Shown here in pieces: positions 13,523-28,900 of a DNA stretch of 64,000 nucleotides. Position 1 is the stretch's first letter. Each line of letters opens with the position of its first letter. Below the pieces are notes generated by a model that saw nothing but the letters and a program-made list of their open reading frames with translations, had not been told where the DNA came from and ran no database searches. The stretch is from Lytechinus pictus (lineage: Eukaryota). A program made the position numbers and the translations under genes. Location: the NCBI RefSeq assembly GCF_037042905.1, contig NC_087245.1:23748001-23812000 (forward strand), read 5' to 3'.

Positions 13523-13843
13523 TATATCAAATTTAAGAAGATTACAATTACAACTATTGAATTTGTGTAATCCAAAGATAAAAAAAGGCTTCATAATTTT
13601 AGAGTGTCCGGACACCGAACACCCAACCGTACTAAACGTGAGTTTTAATTCACATCTGTTTGTGAAACACCCATAGGTCCGATTTCTTGCACACATACGG
13701 TATATATCTGTCATACAGTAACCGGCTATCATATAAATTAGTAAAGATAATAATTTGCACTCGTCAAATTGGCCATAGCCAGCTATACCAGATCAGTCGT
13801 ACCGGTATTTTTGTGCTAGTTTCAGACAACTGCCGAGATCGAG

Positions 13844-13916
13844 ATGGAGAAATCCCCCAAGAACATGTTGCTCCATTTATTTGTATTTTTATCTTCCATC
13901 ACATTGCCTTGTTTTG
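13844..13916 (+). CDS. ADAM17: ADAM17 coding exon 1, signal peptide [24 protein letters not shown](G)
   Basis: ATG followed by a hydrophobic stretch and G/gtaagt; phase 1 matches exon 2, 13 kb downstream. Confidence 0.75.
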
Positions 13917-16900
13917 GTAAGTGAAGTCTTGTGAGTGATGTTAAGGAATGAATGAATGATGCATATCGAAATTTGTGAGCATTTGACGTTTAACTTTGAC
14001 GTTTGACGATTACAATGTAGCCTTGTTATTGTTAATAGCCCGGCCATCCGAAGAATGGTTTTGAGAATAGCGCACACTGCTCGTAGAATATCGCCAGCGC
14101 AGCCCCGGTGTAACATGCTCGCCCCGGCCCCGCTGCCCTCGGCCTCGCTGGTACTGGTATAGACCAAAAGCTTCAGTCTCTGTATTTTGGTTGTTCCGCT
14201 GAACTACGTTGGCTCCACTCACCATACATAGACTGAAGGGGATGGGGCCCTGTACCTACAGCCAACGTATAGTGAACTAGCGTTTTATAGATCGCGATTT
14301 AAAACTGTTTTTTAAGCAAAATTGAAAGTTTCATGGTTTCCATTATCAGGGAAATATAAATAACTTAAGTAATTGCATACCTTGGGCCGGAGTTATTGAA
14401 AAAATCCTCTGGATGATTGAGAAATCTGTCATCTAAGACATTTTCACCTGACCTGACGGTTTTTCTTGCAAGTTGCCATCTTGAATGACGTCATTATCGT
14501 TATTAACTTAATGTCTCGAATCGATATATCGCGATTATAACTAGTACTAGTATGGCAGTGAGTCCAAACTTCGCGCGTGTCCATACTTCGCGGACGGTCA
14601 TTATCTAAGAAACTAGCCAATATCCTTAAAATCTGACATCACCAACGTGAAAAGCGACCTAAAATTACCCTTTGGTGTAAGTTTCTTTAGGATGAGCTCA
14701 GTATTCATGAAAATATTGGCAAAAGATCGGCAAATTTGTCGCCGTTAGCGCCCGTTTTGAAGAAATCTGATATTCTCAACAAGCATCACGATATCACCAT
14801 TTTGCAAGCAGAAATCATCAAAAATGTGAGTTAAATGTGGTACTAACCGATTCTATAGCATTTTGCCATCAATCTGATATAAATTTTTCACTTTTTCAGC
14901 TTGAGTTTCTGTTTAAACCTCCACAAAAACTTTGGTCCGCGAAGTTAGGTCACACTTTTTCTGAACGGTTTTCCAGCACAGCGCGCATTCGCCGATTGGA
15001 ATAGAATTTTGAGATCGCGATACCGGCGAAAGCCCTTGACCTACTTCACATTTTCGTCCATGATTTTATACTTTACGATCTTGCCGTCAATGTGGTAACT
15101 ATTTCTTGAATTCTTTTTGTATGAATTATGAATATTTTGTGAAAAAAAATCAGCCTGATGAATATTTTTGAAAAGTGCGCGAAGTTTGGACACCCCATCA
15201 TACTAGTATAACTAGTATCGTTTATCTTCGGTTTCGTTCGCATATGGAGCAGATCGTATAATATCGAAAGCAATATCGATATCACATTCGTGATTGTTGA
15301 CGTTCGTTTGTAAATATTTTATAGTTTGGCTGCCATTTTGACCATTTTTATCCTGTTCAACCCAATTAAACATCGGTAAAGTATATTTTTCATGCCTGTT
15401 TCATCTATATCGTTTAAAGTATTTAAACATTGAAATATCAAGTCTTAAAAGTTTGTTGTTTATACATCCTTAGATTGTAAATTCGATGTGTAAAATTACA
15501 TCAAACTTTGGACTGTGAATTGACAAAAGGGAGGGAATGAGAACACATGCGAGCCCACACGTACACCCTACCGTCGGTAAATGGGGATTACAGTAAAATG
15601 TCAGAAATTGTTGAATAAATCCCCAGAAACGACGGTTATTCCTGTCTAGTACTGGTAGTGACCTGAAAAATAATTCGCGCGTTACCAAATTTTTCGCACG
15701 GTCGAATATCTCAATATCTAATTAATTAATCGTGATATAGTCCCCAAATCCAAAAATGGGGATTATCAGAATCACACCTAACAGAACGCATGAAAATCAC
15801 CTCCTTTCTCCAGAACACAGTCCCCAACTCTCGCACAGCTCTTTAGCTTGCGAAATGATAACACACACAAATGAAACACACTTGGGTTCTCTCCCTATTA
15901 TATACTCGTGATACAGTCCCCACTCTACGGGAAATCAAGTTTGATTTTCACAGCGGTGGGGACAGTTTCAACAGTATAGTATACTCGTGAATCAGTCCCC
16001 GCGCTATGGGATACACAGATCACTTTGCACGCAGTGGGGACAGTTCCAACAGTATAGCTATACTCGTGATACAGTCCCCACTCTACGGGAAATCAAGTTT
16101 ACTTTGCATGCAGTGGGGATAGCTCCAACAGTATATTATACTCGTGATACCGTCCCCTCACAACATAAAATCGTGCTTGTTCGACAAGGGGATGGGGACA
16201 GTTTCCCAGTGCAACGTGACAAGGAAGACTCATTCAAAACCTTCGGGAATTATTATTATTATTGTCATCATCATATTACAATGTATATTATCATTATTAT
16301 CATTTTATCATTATTATTTTATCATAATTATTATTATTGTTATTTAATCATAATTATCATTATTGTTATTATCATTATTATTGTTATTTAATCATAATTA
16401 TCATTATTATTGTTATTATTTATTTTATTATTACTATCATCATCATACATCATTATTATTCTTTATCATTGTTGTTATTATTATTGTTATTATCCTTTAT
16501 TATATTATTATTATTGTTGTTTTTATTATTATTATTATTTTTATCATCAATATTTTGTTATCATTATCAATATAATTATTTTTATAAATATCATCATATA
16601 TCATTATTCTTTATTATTGCTGTTGTTATTATCATTGTTATTTTCATTATATTATTATTACTATCATCATAATAAATATTATTCTTTATTGTTGTTGTTA
16701 TTATTATCATCATAATAGTGATAATAGTATAATAAATTATTATATCATTATTATCATTATTATTCTTTATCATTGGAAATGTGCCCCTTCCATCCAGTCC
16801 GTTCCTTGTATTTCATTTAATTCCTTCAAATGAAATCACTGTAGACTCATTCATAACTTTTGGGTATTATAGTAATTATTATCATCATTATTGTCATTAT

Positions 16901-19900
16901 TTTTTATGGTATTTATTTATTATTTACCTAATATTGTTATCCTTATTTTTTGTTAACATTATTTATCTTTTATTTATTATTTTATAATAATTATTATTAT
17001 TGTTATTATTCTCTATTATTATTATTATATTAACCTTTATCATAATTATTATCAACATCATTATTGTTATTAATCTTTATTATCATCATCCCCATCATTA
17101 TACTATTGTTGTTATCATTACTTTACTTTTCATTTCCGTCACATATTTGTATTGATTACTTTAATGTTTTGGGGTGACTCTTTCAATAATAACAACAACA
17201 ATAATGAAAATGATGCCAATGATGATAATAATTATGATAATAATTAATACCCAAACGTTATTATGAGTCTACAGTGATTTCATTTGAAGGAATTAAATGA
17301 AATACAAGGAACATAATGGATGGAAGGGGCACATTTTCAATGATAAAAGAATAATAATAATAATGATAATATAATAATTTATATTAGATACAGTAATATT
17401 ATCATCATTATTATAATAATAATAATAACAACAACAATAATTAAAAATAATGATATATGATGTTGATAGTAATAATAATATTAATAATGATAATAATAAT
17501 AGTGACAATAATAATAATGATAATAGCAATAATAATAATGATAATTATGATTAAATAACAATAATAATAATGATAATAACAATAATGATAATTATGATTA
17601 AATAACAATAATAATAAAATGATAATAATGAGAATATAATATGATGACAATAATTCCCGAAGGTTTTGAATGAGTCTTCCTTGTCATGTTGCACTGGGAA
17701 ACTGTCCCCATCCCCTTGTCGAACGAGCACGATTTTATGTTGTGAGGGGACGGCATCACAAGTATAATATACTGTTGTAGCTATCCCCACTGCGTGCAAA
17801 GTGAACTTGATTTCCCGTAGAGTGGGGACTGTATCACGAGTATATATAGGGAGAGAATCCAAGTGTCAGTGTGTTTCATATGTGTGTGTTATCATTTCGC
17901 AAGTTCTCGAGTGCGAGCTGTGCGAGAGTTGGGGACTGTGTTCTGGAGAAAGGAAGTGATTTTCATGCGTTCTGGTAGGTGTGATTCTAATAATCCCCAT
18001 TTTTGGATTATCACGATTATGCCTTAATATCTTGAAAAAATGATATCACCAACCGAAAAAGCCACCCAAAATTACTTAGTATCGTAGTTTTCTTGAAGGT
18101 AGGGTCTCAATATTTGTGAAAATATTGTTGGCGAAACATCGGCAAATTTTGTTACCTTTTTTTGCGTGCACTCTGAAAAAAATCAGAACTTCTCGATTAG
18201 CTTCAAGTCTTACTTCAAATAAGTAAGTCAAATGTTATACCAACCGAATTTGTGGCATCTTAACCTCCATCTGAATCTGATAATTATCTTACCTTTGTCT
18301 GCTTGATTTATTTTCTAAAGAGTAAAGGCAAGTTTTACAAAACTATTGTGCGCAATGGCAAAAGGTCACACTTTTTTATAGCCGAGCGCGCACTAGTTGT
18401 CGATTGTCATGGAATTTTGACATCACGATATCGGCGAAACCCTTGGCTTACTTTATTATCTGTCAAGCTTACTTGACCCTGGAATCTTGCCTTCCGTTTG
18501 GTATAATTGTGATTTTTGTCTCGCCCACCAGGGGCGGTATTCTGAAAACCGTGTTAGCACTAAAACGGTGTTAGCTAACACGATTGGTATTCTAAAAATC
18601 GTGTTAGCATGAAAACACGTGGCCCAAATGGTAACACAGCGCACACTGATGAAATATGCGATTCGCCACGCCCAACCCCCATACACGGTGTTAAGTGGGA
18701 AGATAACACGAAATTTGGTATTCTGAAAATGGTGTTAGCAAAAATTTGGTTCAAAGATAACACGAACATTTAACACTGCGTAAAGGAGAGGTTAAGTTTG
18801 GAATGACGATGGCTGCACCTTTTCTAGCAGACGTAAACGTCATTAAGAACATATACGGACATAATTATAGCTATCGTCTGGCAGAACTGAACTGGAATTT
18901 TCTTTCATTTATCCACTTTTATTTTCCACACTGTTAAAAAAACCTGATTTTACAGAAAAAAGATTTTGCAGAAAGCAATAACAGAATCATTGTGTGAACT
19001 GTGATAATTTTTTTTGATAAAAAATCAACTTTATGATAATTTGTAAAATGTGCGCTAATTATGGTCACCCCATCATACTTCTAGACCTACCGGTATTTTT
19101 AAGGGCCAGGGGTGGGCATATCTGCATGTCTTCTTCTCACCCAAAATTTAACTTGTGGTTAAACATGAATTAATGAAGTTCCGTACCGTAAAATTTAAGT
19201 TGTTAATGATAGGCCTAACCGTTAGAGTAATATCGGACACTTAAGAAGAATTGGACCAAAACAGAAGTACATGTACAATCATTGAATCAAATAAAAATCA
19301 TGTTTATTTCTGTAGTACAAATGTTGAATATTAATGTCATAAAAAAATAGAATTGAAAAAATTATGGTAAACGGAAATTATTAATACTTACTACAAGGCT
19401 CCACATTAACTTTTTTTGGTGGTGGCCCGTTCGGGCCACCAAAACCTTCAAATAATTTTTTTTGGTGGCCCGATATTAAAGTTTGGTGGCCCGAAAAATA
19501 TAAAGAAAAACATTAAAAATGAATAAATGGGTATAAATGGTTTAACCACTGTCAAAAAAAATGAAAGAAAATAATAAAACGGCAAAAAAAAGTGTGAGAA
19601 AATTCCTTCCCTATATTTGCCAAAATGTTGGAAAAATTCACATTTCATATTAATGAAATGCCTTCCCAAAGTATTTACATTCTCAAGAGTTGTTTAAGAA
19701 GTCATTTATAAACAAGAAAGAAAGTAACTGTCTGTTTATTTTTGGCTAGAAAAGACCGGAAAAGACACAGCTTCGAAAGAAACCAAGTAACAACATACAT
19801 ACAAATGCACACGTGGGACTGTGATGTACTCACCTATGTGTTTTTATGTGTATTATTTTCATTTGGAAATCGGTCTTTTTGAGTCAAAAGAGAGGTCATG

Positions 19901-22900
19901 ATTCCTCTTTTTAATGGTTGCAAATAATCAGGATACACCAGATTTTAGCAAAAAGGTCTGTAGAAGGGCATTTCATTGGTGTAAAATGTGAATTTGACTT
20001 GGATTTTCACAGTTCTGTGGAAGATTTCTTAGCAGCAACATTTCGTATTGCAGCTTCCTGAGTCTGAATAGGCTGCTGACTCACAGCTGCTTTAAGCATG
20101 CAAAGCTCATGCCAGCTGGCCGGCGCGGCCGGCTGGATAAAAGCTACTTAATGCTATAGCGGTAGGCCAGCTTTGTGTGTGTGTTTGTGTGTAGATCAAC
20201 AAAAAGGGCGCATGGCGAACTGGCTTGCAAATTGAACTGTAGAAAGTTGATAAATGCGTGCAAAATGGGGAGAAAAATTGCGCTATTCTGAAAATTATTG
20301 GTTGCCCGATTCGGGCCACCAAAACTTAATATTTTTCAATAATGGTTGCCCGAGGTGAATTTCTGGTGGCCCTGGGCCACCGGGCCACCGCTAATGTCGA
20401 GCCTTGCTTACTAGAAGAAGCTTGTTTTTTGCCAAAAATCGGATGCAGTTTCCAAATATCAGACGCATAGAGTTGTGCGCCGCGATCAGTTTCAGCGATT
20501 TAAATCTTGCTCTAGACCCAAAAATAATTTATTTTAGCTGCGCAAATGCCAATTGTAATTACTACTATCAATAATTTTGATAAAGAAATCAGTAAAAAAT
20601 TATATTTTACTTTAATACCAAACAGACCTCTTTCTCTCTGAACACCGGACGTCTTCACTCAGCTGAGCGGGACTTCGTTCTGAAACAAGCACGCACGTCA
20701 ACAGCACGGCAGCACGCATTTCCAATTCAATCAGCTGATATGTTCGATGTTTGGGGAACCCCCGCGGTGGCCATTTGCAGATTTTTTTGCGATAGATTGA
20801 ACATGTGCGATCTCGGCGGTGCTATTTCTGGCGGAAGTCACTTCCCCCTTACGAGATTTTTTTTGGTCATCGATCTTTTGGAGTCCATAATTAGCGAGGG
20901 TCATAACTACTCATAAGAATCTCTGGAAGTCAAAATCATGGATTTTACCCCTGGATTTAACCCCTGGAACATTTTTTTGAGCAGAAACTTGGATAGATCT
21001 ACATGTACTGTGTGTGCAGTATTTTCATGACTTCATGTATCTTATGCATGCAAGTTCCCTGCCAGTGTTGGTCCCTGTAGTTATGGGGAGGGAGTTGAAG
21101 TCATTTTTGTCCGATATTTGGAACCGTCCAATGTAATTGGGAATTTACTCTACTTATATTCTAAAACTGTAGTCTAATAGTGTTAGTATAAAGTATGATG
21201 TGCTTAACCCTAAAAGGCCCAGGGGGCAGATTCCGCCCCCCTCTACATTTTTCATGCGCCGCTCTCTGACGTTTTACTTTTAGATTTCGCGCAACTTTTA
21301 AGACCAAATTTGCAATGCCCAGGTACGCGGTCACGAAATTATGCAACATTATGTAAGTGCATGTCAGACCCAAAAATGCAAATTCATTTACAAATCCAAT
21401 GCAAATTATGTATTTAGCCAAACTTCATAAATGTATCATTATTTCTACTTTTACTGATTAGACTTAATTAATTTTGTCTTGTTAATGATCAGAATTAAGT
21501 CTGCAACAATTTCCAAAGAAAAAACAATAAAAAACAAAAGGTCGAAAAACAAAGAAATACATAAGTAATTAAAAAACAATAAAATACATAAGAAAGAAAT
21601 TGCGATACCAATTTTTTTTTTAAGTACATTTAATCAGGATCCTACCAAGAGTGTGTGAATAAAAAATTAGCAGTTTTGAGGCAATATGATAGTTGATTTG
21701 AGCAAATGATTTATGTCATAAATTAGCATAATTAATTCATTAAATGAAAAATATTAATTTCAAAACATTTACCATGTACAGCCTTGTAGATTATATCGCA
21801 CTCTACCATTGCAAATTTTTGTGGCGTTGCATGATCGAAGGCTGAGATCTCAGGGGGAGACTGAATCCCCCCCCCCCCCCCCCCCCCCCCGGCTGTGAGA
21901 TGGGTCCAAATAACCCAGCTCTTTTAGGGTTAAGGCAGCCTTAATTAAACGACAAGTCCATCCCAACAAAAAGTTGATTTGAATAAAAATCGGATGTAAA
22001 ATAAGAAAGTTATGACATTTTAAAGTTTCGCTTAATTTCACAAAACAGTTTATCCTGGTCGGTATGCAAATCAGGAGACTGATGACGTCATCCACTCACT
22101 ATTTCTTTTGTATTTTATATGAAATATACAATATAATTTTCTCCTCATTGTTAAAGATAAATGAAAGTAGTTGCCAGTAAACACTGATTTCACGAGAAAG
22201 TCTGTAAAACCAGGCTTAAATGTCATTATATTATCGAGGATCTAGATCTGGTACAGTTAAATAAACTGAACTTTGAATGTCGGCCCAACGCTTGACCCGA
22301 ATCCCGTGCTTATTTGCTAATTTCTCAGCAATTACACAATTTCTTCCAGAATTCTTTGGCACATATTTTTTATTTATACAAACAGACACTTTGGTGGTCA
22401 TTTCATTGGATTCTGTATGAACTCATTTTGAATTCGTTACCACAACTGGCATTTATCTTTAAGTGAAACAACAATTAATTCCTTCATGAACATGTAGAAT
22501 AAGCATTGTTTAATACTATATGGTTCACTCAAGTCGGTCTTTTACTGTCAAATCTGTGAACAATGAAATATTGTATAATTCAAACAATAGAAAACAAAAG
22601 AAATAGTGAGTGAGGGACACCATCGACCGTCACATTTGCATGTCACTGAGTTGGGCATATCACTGTTTTGTGAAAAATAAGTGAAACTTTAAAATGTCAT
22701 AACTTTTTTATTTTACATCCGATCTTGATGAAATTTTCAGCGTTATGTTAGTTTGATTTTTCTCTAATAATTCAAAATTTCAAATCAAAACTTTTCTGGG
22801 GTGGACTTGACCTGTAAGATAGAACTCTTTCCATTCTTTCTTGTCTTGACTCTCGAAAAAAAATGAGACCAGTCGACATGCCAGTCATGAATCAAAAGTT

Positions 22901-25900
22901 AACAAGTTGGGATTTCAGAAATTGAACACAATGTTGCATGGTTTGCCCCTCGCAATCTGCACACCATTCACTTTACACATGATTTAGATATTTTGATGAG
23001 AAAGGCTCAGGGTTGGCACATTTTAAACGGTGTGTTTTAAAGGGTGTTTCAAAACTTATCATGTGCCAGTTCCAGGTCGTATGACCAAGTTCAAAGGTCA
23101 CTTAAGGTCAATGAACTTTGGTTATGTTGGGGGTATTTGAGGAATTGTCATCATAACTTTAAAATTTTATGGATCTAGTTCATGAAACTTGGACATAAGA
23201 GCAATCAAGTATCCTTGAACTGAACATCCTATGCGAGTTTCAGGTCACATGACCAAGATCAAAGGTCATGTGACCAAGATCATCTTTAGGTCATTTAGGG
23301 TTTACAATCATTGGTAATGTTGGAGGTATTTGTGGAATTGTCGTCATAACTTTAAAAGTTTATGGATCTAGTTCATTAAACTTGGACATTAGAGCAGCAA
23401 TGTATCTCTGAATACCCTGTGCGCATATCAGGAACATGACCAAGATCAAAGCTCATTTAAAGAACTCTGGCCGTGTTGGGAGTACATAATGTGTTGAATT
23501 GGCATCATAACTCAGAAAGTTTATGGATCTAGCTCATGAAACATCGACATAAGGGTAATCAAGTATGAATGATTGTTTTAAACATGTCTTACATGTAGGT
23601 CACATGATCATGGTCAAAGATCATTTCGGGTCAATGGACATAATATTTTATTATCATATTAGGTATGAGTAGTTGAGGACTCGAGATGGCGCTATTGGTT
23701 CGTATCTGTTTTGATGCATCAGAAAATAAATAATTTCAATAAATCTTTGCAACATCCTTCCAAAGGGAATACATAGAAAGATGAGGAAAAGGGTCCAAAA
23801 ACACATTTTCAAAGCCTTTATTTGCTCCAAAAAACAAGATATGCTGAAAATATAAACCAATTAGTCATTTTTTAATTTTCCAACTTTTTCCACATATTAG
23901 TATTAAAACACACGCTCGGTAATACCATTTTCAAGTGATCAAAATATTTCTCATGCAAAGAGGGTGCGATCGGAAGCTGATATCATAAAAAAAGAAAACT
24001 GATCTCTGCAAAATATTTATATCTGTATATTTTGTAGGTATTTGTGTATTCTTGGTGGAAGTTTGATGAATTTTAAGAAAATATTGTGTTTGATATGATT
24101 GAGTTTATGAAAAGTGTTCGGTAATGCGATCCACTGACATAGACAAATCGGTATAGATTTTATATCAAACGGAAAACCACATAGATACATGTATCATTTT
24201 GATCAGGCATATGATCAAAATAACCTTTTCATATAAAATTGCAAAGTTTATCGTGTGAAAAAATATTTCATATCCTTCACTTCATACAAGTGTTTTCGGG
24301 CATACACATTCATACAATGTAGTAATGAATTTGAAAAGTGACAGCCACATATTTTGGGGATTCACCAATACCTTTACTAGACACGGGCTTTAACCCTAAC
24401 TACAATGTAGGCCGGGCTTTTTTTAGTCTACATAAATTATGTAGACACACATCTGCAGTGTGTGTATCACAGCTGATTCAACGAGTCTGCATAGCAGACT
24501 AGGTCTACTGAGGCTGATGGCTCGCTTCGCTCGCCCTTTCAGGCTGGTTTGCTTCGCAAACCAGCAGATCCCACCTCACGAGCCATTCAGAGTCTGCATA
24601 GCAGACTAGGCTTTTTTGGCTGTTCTGTGGCCGGGGGGGGGGGGGTGATTCAACCCCCCCTGAGATCTCGGCCGCCGATCTCGCGAGTACCGCAAAAATT
24701 TGCACGCTGGTAGTGTGCGATGAAGTCTACAAGGCTGTATGGTAAAATTTTCAAAAATAAATGAGATTTTATTTTATATTAATTATGCTAATTTATGCAT
24801 AAATCATACTTTTTGCTCTAATTCACTAAATAAATCTCCTAGAATGCAAATTTTTGGTAAAAATATTCTTTGTAGCATTCTTAACAATCGCAATTAAAAA
24901 AAACTTCGGTTTGGAAATCAATTTCTTATGTATTTTTTATTGTTTTATGAATTTTTTATGTATTTCTTTGTTTTTCAACCTTTTGTTTTTCTTTGTTTTT
25001 TCACGAGATTTATTGCACAACCTTTTTGAATCATAATTATGCTAAAATCAATTGATTTCAGCTGTTCAAAGTAAAAATATTCATATCTTTATGAATACAT
25101 GTACAAGATGAGAAAACTCAATTTGCATTGACTTTGTACACAAAATCACGTTTTGGAACAATTTTTGGTCTGACATGCTCTTACAAAATGTTGCGTAATT
25201 TCGGAACCGCGTACCCGGGCGTCATAAATTTGGTCTCAAAAGATGCGCGAGACTTAAAAGTATAAACTCTGCAAGTGGCGCGGTCAAAAATTGTCGCACG
25301 GCGGAATGATCGCTGAAAATGTTGAGGGGGGGTTGATTCAACCCCCCCGGCCTGTTTAGGGTTTAATAATGAATTATAATGATCATTCATGCATGACTGA
25401 TCACAATTTCCAACTCTAGAGGTAAAAAAATAAAGGCAATAGTTTTCTCTTTCATAATATATACGATTCTTTTTGTAGATTTTATGAAAGCCATGTCATG
25501 AGTTTACTTCCAGTATACATGTAATAGATCATCCACTCATTTACATGTAACATTGTGTTTTTAGTGAACAAATAATTCCTGTGTATATACAAATAGTCCC
25601 AGAAATTAATTTGAAGTTTGATTTCTTCCCTGTATTTAATATTAGTTACTGTCTAAGCCTTACATGTTGACCATGTACAACAATTTTGTCCAATATCTAT
25701 TTTCTTCAATCTGCATACAGGTAGATTTGCGATGTTTGTAGCAGATTTCATGAATCACTAATCATTTAGCGTGAGTCTTTGGTCACATGATCAAGGTCAA
25801 AGGTCATTTAAGGTCAATGAACCTAGTTTTTATTTTCATATGATTAGTGTTTTTTTTTGGAATAATTATTCTACTTAAGTTCTTTTCAACTGCTGCTACA

Positions 25901-28900
25901 ATGTATATATTGAATCGCATAATGCAGGCGAGACTGCCAGAGATGTTCCACTAGTTTGTTCTTGTGATAACTAAAGAACTAATGCTAATGCAAGCTTTTG
26001 TCCCAGTATGCAGTGAGCCAGTTGTTTTTCAGAAATAGCCAGATTTACTGGTCCGACATGACCAGTAAAATATCAAACTGATACAAATGATATTTTCTCC
26101 TCTTTTATAAATTATCAAAATGGCTCTGGCATCTTCAACAATTGCTCTCCAAAATTGAGAAATGGCTCTCATGAATTAATTATTATTATTATTATTATTT
26201 TTTTTTTTTTTTTATTTTTTATTTATAAATAAATAAATAAATTATGGTTTACTTTTGTCAGAGAATTGAAATTAAGATTAGATATCAATAAGATTCTGAG
26301 GAAAAGAAGAAAAAAAGAAATGTATAATTTGCCTGTTGCTTTGGAAATGTATCTATGAGTTTTGTTTAAAAACGATGTGTATATGAAATAAATTTTTGTT
26401 GAAAATAAATGCCCCTGTTATGGGTGAAAGAGAAAAAAAAAACTAAAGTCAGCAAAATAAACTCAAGTCTCTTTTTATATATTTCTTTACTTTGAGGGAA
26501 CAGTAAATTTTATGTTCAGACCAGTAAAACATTGAAAAATTGAACATCTACTGGTCGGACAGGAACAGGTTGGACCTGTAGAAAATAAGGGTTAGTGTGG
26601 AGCCCTGCAGTACACCAAATTGACGCCTGTTGTCATGTTTAAGTGAGCTATTTTATTCATGAGTCCACTGTTTTGAATGAATGAGTCCACTGTTCAAAAC
26701 AATGAACTCATAAATTAAATAGCATACTTGACCATGGCAGCAGGCGTCAATTTGACGCACTGTGACAAAAGCGTTCATCAGCATTGGACATTTTTCTAAT
26801 ATACGCACTAAGTGTAATTTTATACAGGAAATCTGCATAAACCATGGGTTCAACCGATGGTTTTAAAAAATTAACCACCTTTATGAATTCGGACGAAACA
26901 ATTCAGTCCAAGGTCCAAATCAACACCTTGAGGTTGCTGATTTTTCATAATATTCTAGAATTTTTTCATCCTTCTTTAACAGGAAGCTTACACCATGTGT
27001 TACACCACTATGAAGGAATTCATAGTTCCAGTGTTAGGCATCACTATGCAAAAAGGAGTACAGATGAGGTCGAAATTGGAGTCAGGAGGATGTCATTACA
27101 AATGCTTGGCAGGTAATTCAAGGATCTTGCTGACTCATAATTAAAAAGTTTATTAGGGTCACTCAGCAAAGACCAGAAAATTGTTGTGTTTAGATGTGCT
27201 TCAGCTCTGCGGAGCCTTTCACCAACATTTTCATCTGATAAGTTGTCAGATTTGACCACTTTGATTTTGATTGGCTGAGAAGCGCTGTTACTATGCTACA
27301 TGTACAGTAACTTTTGGATGAAACGGGAGTTGTCGGATAAAACGATCGACAAGTCCTTTTATGAAACATTCCCCTGGAGATGCAATGAAACCTAAATTCT
27401 ATAAAGACCATTCCACGAATTGGAGTGAGTGTTTGGATGTGTGTGTGTGCAATTTAGTTATAACAGATGTGTCATATGACTATTAACGTTGGTGACCGAT
27501 CTTAATTTGATAAAATGTTCATCTGTTCACGAGATGGACATGTATCATAAAATTTTCGTCATGAAACAATCAGCAGAGGAAGTGAAAGCTGACATGTATT
27601 AAACAGAACTGTCATTGAAGTAAAAACAGAGCTCTATCCTGCCCTTATGCAGTTTAATCCGGGACTGCCAGTCAATACACAAGGATGTGTGAGATCAAAA
27701 TAAATTAAACTTTACCCATATTATTCTAGAAAGCATTTGTAGTGATTGGTTTACAATGTATATGCATGCATACATTGATATTTTTTGTACAAAGCAAGCG
27801 GTAGTACATGTATATCAATTGTTGATCCGCAGCTCTGACTCATGTACTTCAATTCTGAGGCTGAAACTTGTCGTCGCCCATAGCAAGATACATGTAGACA
27901 TGTACATGTAGTCTAGGTTTACAGGCTTGTTTCACTTGCCATTTTTGTAGTGTTTTGTATCAATTGACATGTAGACTGGCAGAGGATGCAGATCTTCTAA
28001 TACAAAAATGTACATATACACATGTTTAGTATGGATTGTTGCAGAAGTGAAATTCATTTTGGATCTAATACTTGTACATCAATTGGGAAAACAAGTTAGC
28101 TTGTTTTTGTTAAATCTTAGATGTAAGACTACTAGGCTAAGGGTAGAGGAGAAGGAAAATTGACAAATTTAGGGGCATCCTGCTGGCTTAGTTCTATGAT
28201 GTCTTTAGCCAATGGGCTGATTGATAGTGAACTCTGGTTTTGTAATACATGTATCTCGAGAAAGATTCTTGATGAGGAAGCAGTGTGCTCAAATAGATTG
28301 TTGTGATGAGTGTATACATCAGTCTTTGTACATGTTGTAGTAATATGAATTCAGTACTTGTAAATGTAATTCATAGACCCTGGGGCACTATACTAGTGGA
28401 ATGCCAAAATTTATACATTTTATAGTTAATACATGTACAAGTCCATGCGGAATTGAGCAGTGAGCATACAGTGTAAATTGACCTAAAAACATAACATGAT
28501 CTGATTTCATGACAAGTGATTTGTTTTGGGGGATTAGCTTCATTCTAGATCATGTTACAATTTCATACTGATAATATATCATGGCTTTTGGATATTCAAT
28601 ATAAAAAGCTTATGTACATGCTGTACATGTTTCCATCTTTCACTCTTGATTTGTTTATGAACATGATATGAATTCTGGATCCTGAAAAAATCTACAATAT
28701 TGCTAGATCTTCTCTAATTTTTATTTTTTGTAATGTTTACACTGTTTAGGTCGTGGTTGGCACAAAATGTCCCTCCCTGTATTTCATTTTACTTTCTACT
28801 TGTATTTTAAGCTTTTGATAATTGGGACACAATGTTTATATTTATTTTTCATTTATTTGTTTATTCATTTATTTATTTATTTATTCATTCATTCATTCAT

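Noticed and set aside
15987..17862. Hydrophobic Ile/Tyr/Leu-rich ORFs
   Set aside because: Translations of ATT/ATC microsatellite in the foldback arms.
20640..20860. GC-richer patch with GGCGGAAGT and GCCATTT motifs as an internal promoter
   Set aside because: Short motifs within a repeat-dense intron and no associated exon; cannot be supported from sequence alone.
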